Of a stretch of 64,000 nucleotides of DNA, positions 48,455 to 62,830 are shown in pieces; position 1 is the first letter of the stretch; every line of letters starts with the position of its first letter. The notes beneath the pieces are model-generated. The model made no database searches and was not told the DNA's origin. It saw nothing but the letters and a program-made list of their open reading frames with translations. Origin of the DNA: Lama guanicoe (taxonomy: Eukaryota); assembly GCA_013239625.1 (NCBI GenBank), contig MU053482.1, positions 4,539,775 through 4,603,774 of the forward strand, read 5' to 3'. Made by a program: the position numbers and the translations under genes.

Positions 48455-50456
48455 TAAATTACAAAAGATACACTTTCATAGTTTCAATAGTGTATTTCCA
48501 GAGGTAAAAGTTTTCCAGGTGAAAAACACTGCAGAGGCCAGATTTTAAAGCTTCAGATACATTGGAGGCAATGGTCCTAGGAACAGGACCCTGCCTAAGA
48601 ATTCAGAAATCAGAAGTGCTGACACAGCAGTACACATTAAGAATGGTGATATATATAAGGGAATCACTATGCTGTACACCAGAAATTAGCACAACATTGT
48701 AAATCGACTATGCTTTAACTGTTGTAATTGAAATTTATTTTGAATTGCTCATTCTTTTACTGTAAACAGTTTCAAAGAAGTCTACTTTATGTTTCTCAGT
48801 TTGAGATTAAAATGTGTAAAACCATCTATTATAAGTGTTAATACAACACTTTAAGTTTATAGATGAAGACTTTTTTGCTATTTTTTTGTTATGCTTTTTA
48901 TTTTTATAAAAAATTTATGTTTTGTTTTTAACTAGATTATTGGTAATTAAATATCTTGATTTGTCTGAAACATAGTTCTAGCTAATCTTTTTTAAACGCT
49001 ATTCTTTTATAGCAACTTATTTCTGTTCTAAACTAATTGGAGTAACTTTAAATAATCTCTTACAAACCCAAAATTGTATATGGCAGAAACAGATTATATT
49101 AACCCCACCATACAAACAAACAAAACCTGTGGCTGTCCTGTTTTCAGTACTAGTCAATGATGACGTAATAACAATTCTTACTCGAAAATGGATAATATAG
49201 AAGCAACAAAAGGTTAGGGTTGATAATATTGTGTCTTAAAAAAAAGAGAGAAGGATAAATACATACTTGTATACAGCTCCAGTTTGTACAGTTCATGTTT
49301 CTGCAAAGCCTGTTACGGAGCTGGTGAGAGGTCCCTCAAATAAATCACTGCTGCCCTTGACTTTTTCATAATCAGGTTTGCATATTGAAATACTATTCTA
49401 AATTGAAGGAAGATAAGATTGGAAAAAGTTTTGCCATAATTGTAGTGTAAGATTCTGATTGCTACAGGCAGGAATAAAGAGAAAGAAGATAGTTTAAGAG
49501 GTATCCAGAAGGTAGAAATGATAGAATTTGGTGATTATGTGAAGTGAAGAAGCAGGAGGAGATGAAGAAGTTGCTCAGCTCTCTGGTTTCAACAGCTGGT
49601 AGATGATGGTACCATTCATTGAGTTGGGTATTACAGGAAAAGGAGAGAAAGAACTTCTTTCACTGAATTGTCTGATGTAGCCTGCTACCCTTATGGAAAA
49701 TAGGAAAAAGGAAGTGTCCTTTAACAGCTCAAGGGAAGGGATAGCTTCTTTGAGAAAGTCTCCTTTAAAAAACTTTTTGTCTAATTCATGTACTAGATGA
49801 AAAAAGAATAAAAGAGAATTTGTGACCCTATATATGGGTAATTGAAAAGTTGTTTTCCTTGCTTTTCCTTACTCTGCTGGCCAATCTGTTTGGATAGGCT
49901 TGTCAACTTCTAACACACTGATAAACGGGGCTTTTGGGTATTTTGTCTATGGATACGACAGTGTAAAAGGTCAGGACACCTGATCGCGCATGTCCTTTAG
50001 TATGGATTTTGCAGTCTTTGACAGTCCTCATTGCGTTTCTACATAGTTCCCTTTCTGTTTTATCAGGAAATCCAGAAATACTTGATGTGACTGTGCTAGC
50101 TCAGTAGTGACACATTTTTAAGGATCAGATTTTGTTACATTCAACTGAAAATTGCTCAAGTATACTGTCTTCATGGGCTTGGTGACTGTTGGTTTACAGC
50201 CTTACAAGGTGAAAGCAGGTATCCACAAGAACGATGGTTGATTCTTAAATATGTTCCAGTTTTTCCAAATAAACATGTATGGTGCTTTATATGTTTGGCA
50301 TATTCAGTAGCATGTATTTCAGACATAAAGCAGTAATATTAGCACGGAAAAAATAATATTTTGTAGGTTTTTTGCATTTAATAGAAAACATTTATAGTTT
50401 GTTTTCCTTTAAAGATAAATAATATTTGGTGTTTGTTTTTTTTTTTTTAATTTCAG

Positions 50457-50660
50457 ATAGAAAATGCTGCTGAAGAACCTAGAGTCTTATGTATAATCCA
50501 AGATACTACTAATTCAAAGACAGTGAATGAACGGATCACTTTAAATTTACCAGCTTCTACTCCACTCAGAAAGCTCTTTGAAGATGTGGCCAACAAAGTG
50601 GGCTACATAAATGGAACCTTTGATTTGGTGTGGGGAAATGGAATCAATACTGCTGATATG
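50457..50660 (+). CDS. USP47: USP47 coding exon ([21 protein letters not shown]...GNGINTADM)
   Basis: Long T tract then tttcag|ATA, 204 nt open (68 aa), donor ATG|gtaaaa, phase 0/0. Confidence 0.96.
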
Positions 50661-53600
50661 GTAAAACTCTAGACTGAAAGAATCTTCTCTTAAGTTGCTA
50701 ATAATATTATAGTCATTATTGTTATTAATGAGTATATTAAGTCCTGGAATCCTTTTTATTATAAGCAAAACTATAATAAATATTAAGAGCCTGTGTGCAA
50801 CTCAGTAATTGGAACCCTCGTCATCCCTTTCTCTGCCTTCATTCTGGATTCCATATTTGATTATCTTAAAGATTGCACAGTGTCATTTCATTAGTTTTTT
50901 AAATTTATGTAGGATGACTGTCATCAACCGAAAATTTTCCAACATTTACTGAATGGAATGGTGTTCATCTTAAACATTTAAATGAAAGAGGCAGGATATA
51001 AAATCATATGTATTTTATAATCTAACTTTTAGAAAAGAAGAAAAAATGTTTATAGAAAAAGGAATATAGGATTTACACCCTAGTATTAATAGAGATTATG
51101 TACCAGATAGAGTAGTAAAACCCTGATCAGGAAAGTTGGTGATACCATGAGTTCTGCTTCAGAGATCTCACAGTAAAGTTGTAGAGGCAGGTATATCTAA
51201 AAATAATTACACTAACAAGTACTGTATTATTTATGTTTGCTATGAGTGCAAAAAGGAGGCATTGGTCAATTTTGCATGGGAGAGTGGCAAAGGAGACTGT
51301 TGAGTTAGAGCTCATCTCTAACATTATAATAGTACTCTAAGAGTCTTTTCTTTTTCCTGTCTTTCAGTCCTAATTCACCATGTATATGATTGTTAGAATG
51401 GTTTTTAGTCATCTTAAATCATAGTACTCTTGTCCCCTTCTGGTTTAGAAACCTTTAATGACTGATCATTGCCCACTGATTAAAAATCATATTCCATAGA
51501 TTAGCATTCAAGACAATTGGTCCTTTAAGTCTTTGTAATCTTAACTTGGAGATATTGGAGTAATTTATTTTCTTAACACAGAACTTCATACTTCTCTATT
51601 TCCATGTTTTTGCTTATGTTACCTCTTCCTGTCCTATACCATTGCTGCTCTTAAGTTTTCCAGGAAAGTAATGGCAAACAAAATTGAATGTGTATCCCTA
51701 TGATATTTGGAGGGCATGGTAGTAATTCGCTCTATAGAAGAATCAAAGGTGTTTGTGTTGCTTGGTTTGCTGTTAAGAGTATGATATTTTGCCTTCTAGT
51801 CCATAATGTATTTGTGGGTTTTTTAAAATACAGAACTAGTGTTTTAAATTAGCCAACTTCCCACCTCTGAAACTTATTAGTGAAATTGATGACCCAACAA
51901 GTTATACAAAGAGACCCAATATTTAATCTGAAACTTTGAATACTCTCTTTTACATTACCATGTAACTTCTATCGTTGCCACTTTTTCAGTTTAAAGGATA
52001 GTTCTGTACGGTCATATATGTCTGCCTAAGTCCTGTTTCTTTTACTTTTAAGAAGCCTTACTTGGTGTTTCCTCATGCCACTTTAAGAGTAACCTTTCTC
52101 TTGGTCCTCCTATGCAACTTTTTCTTCTGCTATGCCATTCATCATAGTCTCTTTTTACTATAGTTGCTATTTATTTGTGTCTTTTCACTTGATAGAAGGT
52201 AAGTATTTTGATGGCTGGGACCTTGTAGTATTAGTTTTATATCCTCCATAGATATTGTCCCTAGGCATTCAAAAAATGTTTTTGAAATGAACATCTGCAG
52301 TAGTTTCAAATAGCAGTATGCCAGGAATAGCTATTCTTCTTTCTTCAGCCATGACTGTTCTTAAGTACTTAATTTCTGTGTTTTTATTTGGCCCCTGGAC
52401 ATTTCTACAAGTATACTTTTTGACCTGTGTGTGTGCTTCTCTAAAAACCTAATTCATTTATCTACCTACCATATCATACATAACAGACACATATACTGAG
52501 GTAAAACCTCTGTGTATTCTAGCTATATCATCTGATCTTTTATGCCTAAGAGATCCTGAGAGATCTGGTTCCTGCCCGAAGAATGTAAGGGACCCAAAGA
52601 TACCTTTCTTCCTTTCAAGTGGCTTCTCTTAGCTTCTGGTTCTCTATGTCCTATTTTTCTTATGGATATCTATATATGAGCGAAAGTTAGGTGAGATTTT
52701 GTAAGTTTATTTTATTACTTAACACTTATTTTGTACTTACTGTGTGCCTAGTATTGTTCTAATACTAGACTCTCTACAAATATAACCTCATTTAATCCTT
52801 TTAACCACCTTGTAAGGTAAGTGCTATCACAGCCACATGGTGAGGAAACTGAGTTGTGAGGAAGTGAAGTAACTTGCCCAAAGTCACACAAATAACAAGT
52901 GGCAGAATCTCTTACAGTTAATTTTTTTTTGTCCTTAATACCTGTGCTTTTATATAATGTTAATTTTCTAAGAAATAAATGCATTTCCATAAAATAAGTC
53001 CTTCTAAGGAGACATTCCTCTTGTCTTTGAAACATTGAAAACATTTCTTAATGAGCAAAATGGTTTTAAAACGGAAGAGTAGGGCGTTCATCCCATCCCT
53101 TGGTTTTTCTCAGCAGTGGACTGGGAGGGTTGAGTGAGTAGGGCTTGGGGGATAAAGAGCTCTCTCATCCACCAACTAGAGTGTGTTAGAGTGACAGCCA
53201 GGGTTTAAATTGTCTACCAGATAAAAGAGGTAAAGACTAAATATGTTAGATAGTTAATTTTCAAAGGCGTTATCGCTTCTATCCCTACCGGGATTCTCTA
53301 GATCTTAGCAGTGGACTTGAAATAGGTATCAGTATTTAGGACAGGCTTTTCCTTCAGGGGTCTTTCTGAAGGTGCCCATTTTGTTATATTGTGTATTATT
53401 TGTGTTGGGTTGCTTAGTGTGTTTCCTTATGTGGGAATTCTCATTATATTCCTATATCAAAACATGTGTTTTACAATTTTAGTTATATAAAATAATCTTT
53501 AATTGCTTTTCATGAAAACCCATTGAATACTGTACTGCCTACATTTTAAAGAACATCGAAATACAAATGTTTATAATTATTTATTTGTGTGGTATTTAAT

Positions 53601-53887
53601 GTTCCTTCAGTTTTTTAGATGTTGGGAAATATGAACATCTGGAATACCTGTCAGTATATGCCCTGTCACTCGGTTTAGCCATACAGTTCATGAATAGACG
53701 AGTTAATTCCAAGCCTAGATTAACGGAATTTTCCAGACTTCATTTTAAAAAATACTGTTTGAACCTAGTAATTGTAGATATGAATCTATTTACATTGGTA
53801 GATATGTATCTATTTATATATTATTTGTATTTTATTATTACAATTAATGTTGCTTATAATCTGAGACATTTTATTTTATGCCTGTAG

Positions 53888-54001
53888 GCTCCACTGGATC
53901 ATACCAGTGACAAGTCTCTTCTTGATGCTAATTTTGAGCCAGGAAAGAAGAACTTTCTGCATTTGACAGATAAAGATGGTGAACAGCCTCAAATACTGCT
54001 G
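53888..54001 (+). CDS. USP47: USP47 coding exon (APLDHTSDKSLLDANFEPGKKNFLHLTDKDGEQPQILL)
   Basis: cctgtag|GCT ... CTG|gtaaac, 114 nt, phase 0/0. Confidence 0.96.
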
Positions 54002-55417
54002 GTAAACTATTTAGAAAGTCTTATATTCTTAATTTTTCTGCACTGTCACCTATTGGGAAGCAATTTTCCAAAGGAAGGAGGAGAGAGATGTTTTGTAATT
54101 TATGTATAATAAATTATTTTTCTGTTTTCTGTTGGTTTAAGTATGTATGTTAACATGATTATACTGGGCATCCATAGCACTGTTGTTTGTGTATATATAG
54201 TCTTTTGCCATTCTGGGACTCACACTACAACAGGGATGGGGGTGGGTCTAGGATAAGATCTCCTACTGTGTTTCAGTGGCCTTTTCTTTGGTTAAACATT
54301 TACTTGGTTGCTGTAAATCTTTGGCAGTTTTGCCCAGGTTTTTTTTGTATTTCTGTAGGGAAACAGACCCCCTCAGAATTACGTACCCTGCCGTTTTTGC
54401 TCCCACTCCCCACCCTCCCACCTCACTTTTTGGGATGACTAGTTTCTAAATTATATACTTTATTTCTGTTTTTTCAGTGTTTGCTACAATTGGTATTTCA
54501 ATAGGCTTTCCTTCCTGGTTCAGTGGCCTTAGTGATCATCGAATCCAGTAACTCCCAATTTGAGGCATTCATTGAAAAAACTTGGTCTGATTTACCTAGC
54601 TACTTTACAGACTGAGGAAACTAAGGCTCACAGAGTTTATGGACTTTTCAGAAACTTTCCTCAGGAAAAGTTCTTCTGTTTGATGCTGTCATTTAGAAGT
54701 CTGTTGTGTATTAGAATGCCTCTCTGGACAGTAGACAGTAATTAAACACAGGGCATCCATACTGAAGCAATACCAGAATATGTTCTGACCTTCCTTAATC
54801 TCATCATTTATTTTTATCACATCATGAGATTTTTGACTAGTCTGGGTGATATTAAACTAGATTAGCTATTAATTTGGGAATTTATGCTTCAAAATGCATA
54901 GTAATTACTCTTCAGCTCTGGCTTAGTTGCTTATGCTGATTTTATATCCCTTACTCCTTTTGACATCTTTCTCATTAATAGGAAGTTTCTTATTATTATA
55001 ATATCAGTAGAAAACTATCCATTCCATTCAACACTTACTGAGTATCCCCTGCCTTCCAGTCCTTCTTAGCAAGGATGATATAAAAATGAATGACAGACTC
55101 TGTCATCAAGGAGTCACAGTTGTATTTTGATTTATTAGTACCAAATATCTCCTTCTCTCATGTAAACAAAATTTGAAAAAGAATTGAAAGAAATTGAGAA
55201 AGTAAGAACTTTGGAAGGAAGCATAAGCACCTCTCCAAAGTGTTTTATATTGGGCATCTTTCAACCTTCCTCCAGGAAATAATGAGGATATGTACTTTGA
55301 ATGTCTTGGTGGTACCAGTAATGCCTCATCTTTTTTTTCCTCAGCAATTAGTATATCTTTTTTCATTGTTTCAGCATCATTTACCATTCAGTAAATATTG
55401 GTTATGCTGCATTTTAG

Positions 55418-55556
55418 GAGGATTCCAGTGCTGGGGATGACAATGTGCATGACAAATTTATAGGTCCACTTCCAAGAGAAGGTTCTGTGGGCTCTACCAG
55501 TGATTATGTCAGCCAAAGCTACTCCTATTCATCTATTTTGAATAAATCAGAAACTG
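55418..55556 (+). CDS. USP47: USP47 coding exon ([46 protein letters not shown]+G)
   Basis: ttttag|GAG ... ACT G|gtaaga, 139 nt, phase 0/1. Overlaps the ORF-track entry 55445..55657. Confidence 0.96.
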
Positions 55557-58500
55557 GTAAGATTTGTTATTATTGTTGTTGTTATATTTTCATAAAATCA
55601 TTGAGTTTTAGACCCAGAGTAATCTTAGAGTTCTCATTTTATGGATTAGAAAGCTGAGACTCAGAGCAAGATCACTAGTTAGCAGAAGCAAAGTTAGAAC
55701 AAGAATGTGGTTCCTTTTCCCTCAACCCACTGTTATTTTTATTGTATTGTTACTGCCACTATTTAGTAATAAAGTAAAAAATACTAAATAATGGATTTTG
55801 AAAGAAGACTTTTCTCTTTGATAATTTTCTATTTTGAATTTAATCTTAAGTTTTTGAAGTTGACTTCCTCTGAAAGGAATGTTATCTCCATATGGATTAG
55901 AATAGACTACAGGAGATACTTCCACTTGGAACAGATGGGCCAGGCTTATTTTGTTAGGCCTACTGTGTTACCTTCTGGTTTAATATAATCACATGTTTGA
56001 AATTAAGCGTGTAATTTAAAATTTCTGTTAGCTTTGTTCTGAATATGATTACGTCTATATTTCTGAAATTTTTTTCTGTTTATTGAGCTAGTGAAATTGT
56101 TTTATGCAATTTTATATTTTTTATATATGATTTATTGATTGCCAAAAAATATAATCTGGATACTTTTACATATTATTTCATCTTAAAACAAACATTTTTG
56201 CTAGGTAGTATTCACATTAAAAGAAATGGATACTAGGGCTCAGAGAAGCCTTTGTACAGCTAGTTAATGGTGTTTCATGCTAGGTATGGCTTCAGAATGT
56301 TTACCCTTAGAACTTCAAAACAGAGATGATTGTAAATATTACATAAAAATATCTAGTATAAAAAGAAAACTATAGAATTATATTGCAGATTTTGTTTTAA
56401 TGTGATCTGTAATCTTCCATTTATTGTATTTGATGATTGAAATCTAGAATAATTTCCTCATAGCTAGTCATTTGTGCACTCTTAATGGTGTATTTATTCT
56501 GGAAATAGAAAAGGTTGGTCATGTTTGATATTTAGGATCATTTATATCAATACATCTTTTTGCAGCAAACTACCAATAAAATAATGTAAAATTATCTTCT
56601 ATTTCAGATACTAGAAGATATATAAAGCTGCTTCTTAATGCTGGATAAAGTAGTGATTCTCTAATTTTTATTTCTTTAAAAATCATTTCAGGATACTTGT
56701 TAAAAATGTAGGTTCCAAGGCATTGCTCCCCAGAATACTAATTTGGCTACTCGGGAACAGGCTGTATAAGTTGCATTTTGTAAGATAGTTGGAATACTTT
56801 GAGAAAGTTCCAGATTTAACAAATCAGGATTCTTGAAATTTTTGCTGAGTATTCTGACAACCAGTTCAGTCCTTACACAGGAAGTATTTGCCGAACTCCT
56901 ACTTTGCGCTGTGTACTGTATAGCTCTCTAATGCCTGTAATTCCTAGAGACTAAAGCATACTTTTAAAAAATATTCTCTGATGATAGGAATGTAGTACAC
57001 ATTCATCGTCATACTATAAAATGAAGAAACTGGAAGTCACTGACAGTACTATGAACAGAAACTAATGATTTTGCTTATTTTTGTCTTATCTTTCCTTCAT
57101 CTGAATGCTTTTAAGAAAATGAAGAAATCATGTTATGCAGATTTTTAGTCTATATTTTTTGCATAATAATATATGAGGAGCATTTTTCATTGTTATTAAA
57201 TAGTATTTTAATACGGGTTCTGAATGGCTGAGAGATAGTGTTTCATTGTATGATTTAGATATTTAAACTATAATTATTACTGTTGTTATGAACATTATTG
57301 TACACAAGTTTTATTTTCATCTGTGATTATTTCCTTAGGATAAGTTCCTAGAAGTTGGATCACTAAGTTGAAACTTATTAAAAATATTTTTAGAGGACTT
57401 TGATATGCATTGCCATGTAAGCATAGTCCTCATTCCCAGCTATTCACATACCTCTACTCTACTCCTGTTCCCTACCTGTACATTTTCCTCAAATGTTCTG
57501 GGGTACTGCCTTTCTAAATTAAAATAGTCTATACACATCAAAAAGAGTTGTGTTTCCAAAATTATTTTGTTAGTGACTATAGAGCTTGCATTTTCCTTAA
57601 GAAATTATTATAAATCTTGTGCAAAATGTTTTTATTGGAAAATGCTCCCATGATTTCAAAACAGGGCTCTAGAAACACACTTCTTCATAATGCAATGAGT
57701 TTGAGGATATAACATATTCTTTCCTGTCTCTCTTAACCTACCAACTCCTTCTGGTAGCCAGCCACTGTTAGGAGATGTTTAGGGATGGGGTGTAGATTTT
57801 AAGAAATAAGGAGTGGGTTGAAGGTTGATGTGGACTCCCAGGTGATTAGAAACCATGTGACTGAGGTGTTTCGTCATTTAAATCCAAGATATCATTCCTT
57901 GGCCAGTTTCTTTAACAATTCTTTTATTCTTATTTTATCTACTTTAGGAGTTGTCCAGTTTAATTCTTCATTTGGCCTAGTTGAGCTCTCGTTCATTCAG
58001 GAGGAGTCTCCTGCTTCAGGATTTCTTTCTGCATCTGCCCTCTACAGAATGGCATATGTTCTTATGTTCTTCTCCCTTACTGGCCTATGCTTACCATATT
58101 GACCCATAACTATTTTAGATAGAGAATCCACTTGATAATAGTTACCATTTGCAATTTGTTGATTTAGACAATGCTAAGGATAAAAGATTTCTATTAGTTC
58201 TCTAGCATTTTATCTTATTGGTCTCTCTAAAATCTTTATACTTTTGGAAAACAGTAGTACATTTATTTGAGACACTGTTCATCCTGTTTAAATATGGTGC
58301 TAAATCAAGTAGAAAATACTGTAGGTTTCTATATGGTTTTTATTGCTAGTAGTGAAATAAAGAGTGATGACAGAAATCAATTGCTATTATACCATCCTTT
58401 TTTAAGCTGAGGGAAGGAAAACAAAGTAACAAATAAATGATTGGATTGATCTTAAGGTACACGAAGGACAGCAGTAGTATTCATTTACCTTTTAAGGCTG

Positions 58501-60150
58501 CAGGTAGAGTGGTTGTCCCTGACTGTTGAGGAATTGGGGGAAGGAGAGATGGAGAAGGGAAATCCCAGGCAGCCTTAGCCTCAGCTGAGAAGAAGGTACA
58601 GAACAACCTGGTCTCTTTGCTGGAGTGCTGTTTGTGGGAGTCTGTTCACATGACCTAAGAATGAAATAATGCTTTTCATTATTAATAGTCCAGATATCTT
58701 CCAGATTTGTGTTACTTGTCAGTCATTTGCACTTCCCCTACATGTGCACTTGCTGCTGTGCTAAGTGGTAGGATAGAGAGAGAAATCCCCCTCACAGTCT
58801 GATGGGGAAGATATACAAGTAGATAGACAGCTACAGAACAGTGAGATAAAGGCTGGTAAGGACTAAAGACAGAGGTGCTGTGGCAACAACTCAGGTGGCT
58901 GGGCTGGTTAGGAATTGGAGTAGTTTATAACTGTATAACAATGTAAGTATATAAACAGATACACACAGAGTTCTTAAAGATGAAAGGCATTAGACATCAA
59001 AGCTTGAACCTTAGTCCAGAGTGTAAGCTAGGATAGCTGCTTGATACCTTCTTAGAATTGTACAAGTGCAGGTGGTGTGGATCTGTTCTTCTCCACAGTT
59101 GACCAAGGTTTATTGTGCATTTGTTGGTCCTTCCATCACCTTCTTTGGCAATATAGATTATCCACAGAGTTTACCATGTCTCAAGATATATTTGATAGTT
59201 GGGAAATTGGAAAAGTATTTTGAAAAGCTTCAGTGAATGCCTTCAGCATGTATTGAGAAAAGATTTAAGTTTTTTTGAGACAGCCAAGTCATTCAATATT
59301 AAGTGGCAGTAAATAAGTTTAATTATTAAGCAATATGTTTACCAGATTTTGCTCAAATGATGAGATATAATAAAATGATGAGGCTGACTTTTTTTCATAA
59401 ATTGGGCCTGAAGTCTACCTCTACCTGAAGGAGAAGTTTTAAAAATGTTCTCAATAGTGGTAGCCATTACCAATTAGGTATATAAAGCTAAGTATTTAAA
59501 TTGTTCACTTGAATTTTAAATGCATATAACCCTCTCCTTTTGCTCTCCCACTGTTATCCTCTACTCCCATCTCTGCATTCTCTCCTTACTATAACAGTCA
59601 CTCCTTGCATAGCATGCTGATCTGTGGGATTTCATACTTCATGGGTGTATTAAAGTAGAGGAAGTCACTCTGAGTTTGCATGCAATGAATTTATCTCATA
59701 TGTTATTAATTCTTGTTGGAAATTGGTTTATTGGCCTCATGGCAGGGATACCTGGTTCAGTACTGTCTTCGTATGTTGGGATGTAAGATATTTAAAGTGA
59801 ATATGTTTATACTTTTCCGTCTTAATGTGTAACTTTTTTTTCAAAAAATATAGTACATTAAACATGTTCCTCTTAAATTTTTATTAAATGCTGTGTAATA
59901 TCCATGTGCATATCTGGACATACAACAAGATGTCTATAGATCCTGACTTTTTCTGAGAAATAAAGTTTACATAGTGCACATATTAGCAAAAGGGCTTTTT
60001 TAAGTGCTGTTGAAAAAATGAAATAATTTCCAACTGTAATAACCTTAACCTCTCAATTTTCACTGTGTATTAAATTCTTATAAGTTTTCTTGTTAGTTTT
60101 TAATGTAAATCCTTATTTATATATACTTGTGTGTGTTTTTTTGTTTTTAA

Positions 60151-60249
<99 letters not shown>

Positions 60250-61939
60250 TGAGTATTCAAAAAAATTATTTAAATAGCATTGATTTAAGAATGAAAATAT
60301 AGTTTTTAACGTATTAAATCTATTTATCTTTTTGTACTTATATGTTAAGTTTGGGGCGTTTCTCACTTCATAAAACATACCTGCTTGAATAGTATATAAG
60401 AAAAAGATCTTATGAGAGACTGGCATGTGAAAAATTTGTGGGAGAGAGAATCTGAAGTGCATAGACAGCAAAAGGATAAAATTGAAAAAAATTTACATTT
60501 AAGATAAATTATTGTATTTAAGCTCCCCTCACTTTTATCTTTAATGCCTTTATGAAGAAATATGTTATCTGCTTTTGGAGATAGCCTGAATACGTAAATC
60601 ATATTCTCCTTTCCCTCCATCTCTTAATTTAAGAAAGAATTGTCTTTTTATTCTTGCAAATTTTGTTTTTAATTAAAATATAATGCAGCTGTGCTATGTT
60701 ATGTGTGTGTATGTGTGCATGTTTGTCTTTTTTAAAGACTGTAGGTATGTAGGAGATACTTTAAAATGCTCTGTGGAGGAAGTTCATATTTAAATAAACC
60801 CTAAAGTCTGACATTCACTTTTATGAGTGTCCTATTTTAATATACTCTTGCTTTGTGTATTTTTTTTACAGTATACATAATTTTTATTTTTTAAGACATT
60901 TTCAAGTATAAGTAAACTGATTTTTTTTCTCCTTTTGTGTTACTTTTGAGTTACATCTGTGAAATTACTGTAAAATATGTTTAAAATATTTTTGGAACTT
61001 TTAATATTATTGGTTGTAATGTTCAAATGACATTATATTACCATTATATTCATATGTAAGCTCATCTGAATTTACTTTTAAAAGTTGACATGTTTTTCAT
61101 TCAACAAGTATTTGTTACTCAGTAGTGATTATATGCTAAGCACTTGATAGATACAGATGAAGTTAGAAATAAGGTCTTTGTTCTAAGGTAATTTACAGAT
61201 CTGTTTACAGTTGCAATATGTGTATGTATAAAATAGTTTAAATAACATTTAACGATGGCTAAATACCCGTGAGAGTTTAGAGAAGAGGGAGATTAATGAA
61301 ACTTGGAGAAGTAGCTTAGCAGAGAAAGTAGAGCTTGAGATAGGTCAGGAAGCTAGGTATGGTTTGGCTAGGGTGAGAAGAAAAGGGGGGCATTGTAGAC
61401 AGGAGGGACTTTGAAGAGCAAAACAGTACAGTAAGTGCTACCTAAGTGTTAGTTATTATCAGTTTGTATCAGGTACTGTTCTGAACACTTTACGTATTGA
61501 CTCATTTAATTCTCATGGTAAGTATATGAATTACATACTGTTATCTACATTTTACAAAGGGAATAACAGAAGACAGAGAGGTTTGTTTGCCAGAGTCCAC
61601 ACTACTAGAAGTAGCAACTCAGTAGTTGCCAGAATTCATTACCCTATTCTGCTTGGGTTGTAGTTGCTGCCAGTAAGTATAGTATGTTGCAGGGGCCTCC
61701 AGGAAACCTACTTAACTAGACTTTTTGTCAGAGTACTGGAAGATGAGGTTACAGATGAAATCTAGAGCCTGCCCTCAAAACTAGAACAAGCTCAGTGGTC
61801 CACAGCAATGTGCCTGCTTTGGCAAGTATTGCTTAGGAGTGGGGATCCCAGGATCTTGATTAGCCATGAGTTCCACCCTGCAAGTGGTCTGTAAATATAT
61901 ACCACTGCAGAGAAGCGTAAGAGCATAGCCCAGACTACT

Positions 61940-62830
61940 GATTCAGCAAACGTATGTTGCATAGTTATCGTGTGCCAAACATCTTTTAGGCACAGAGGTT
62001 ACAGTGGTAAGACAAAGCGCCCCTCCTTAGACCTTCCATAGGTCAGCCTATAGAAATGAGCTCACTTTGCAGTCATGTATGGAAAGAGTAACTGTCAAAA
62101 AAAAAAAAAAGAGTAACTGTCAAGAGGCAGAGTGAGTTGTCAGGGAGGGCTTCTCTGAGGAAATACCATGTGGATAGACTTGATAGGAGCCAGTCCTGTG
62201 AAGATCTGAGGAAGAATAGCGCAGTGCAAAAGCCTTTAAGGAACAAAAAAATCTCTTGTGACTGGAGCCCAGTGAGTGGAGGGTGAGTGAGACGTAAGAT
62301 TAAAGAGGATGTTTTGTGTGTGTGTGTGTGTGTGTGTGTGCGCGTACATTGAAAGGAGAATGAAGCTTATTGCAAGTGGTGAAACAAAGCCTGAGAGCCT
62401 GATGATGTTTCGTAATGTAGAACTAAGGAAGGGATGGCTCCTTAAAAAGGCTAGACCTTACTGGACTTACAGACAGGGTACAGCTAGCGTAAAAGGATAG
62501 GATTCTATTTGTTTATTTTCTTCACTTGTTATATAATACCACTTTAGATGTGTAGGCATGGAAGCGATGTGTTCTATATATTGTTTTAGAGAGGCTTATA
62601 TAGCACAGTGTGCAGGATTGCTTTGAAAGATAGGGGTCCTTGGAAGAATCTGTTATTAAAGCAGGCATGGATAGTTGGTGGTTAAAATGAAGATGGTGGC
62701 CATGGTTATATTTCAGGTAGAAAACTGATAGGACTTAGTGACTAATTAATTTTATTTAGGAGTAAAGGGAAGGGAAGGATCAAATATGGCACCAAAGTTT
62801 CTAACTTAGGTGACTAGAATAACAGAAAGA
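61940..62830 (-). mobile_element. Degenerate L2 LINE fragments (similar at ~13930-14390, 49480-49650, 61100-61430)
   Basis: L2-like text (attcagcaaac...tgtgcc; gtcagggagggcttctctgagga; ccaaagtttctaacttaggtgactag). Confidence 0.55.
62316..62340. repeat. (TG)n microsatellite
   Basis: Uninterrupted TG run of about 12 units. Confidence 0.9.

Noticed and set aside
55106..55657. ORFs overlapping the 55418-55556 exon
   Set aside because: Explained by the USP47 exon plus intronic read-through, or by chance ORFs in other frames.
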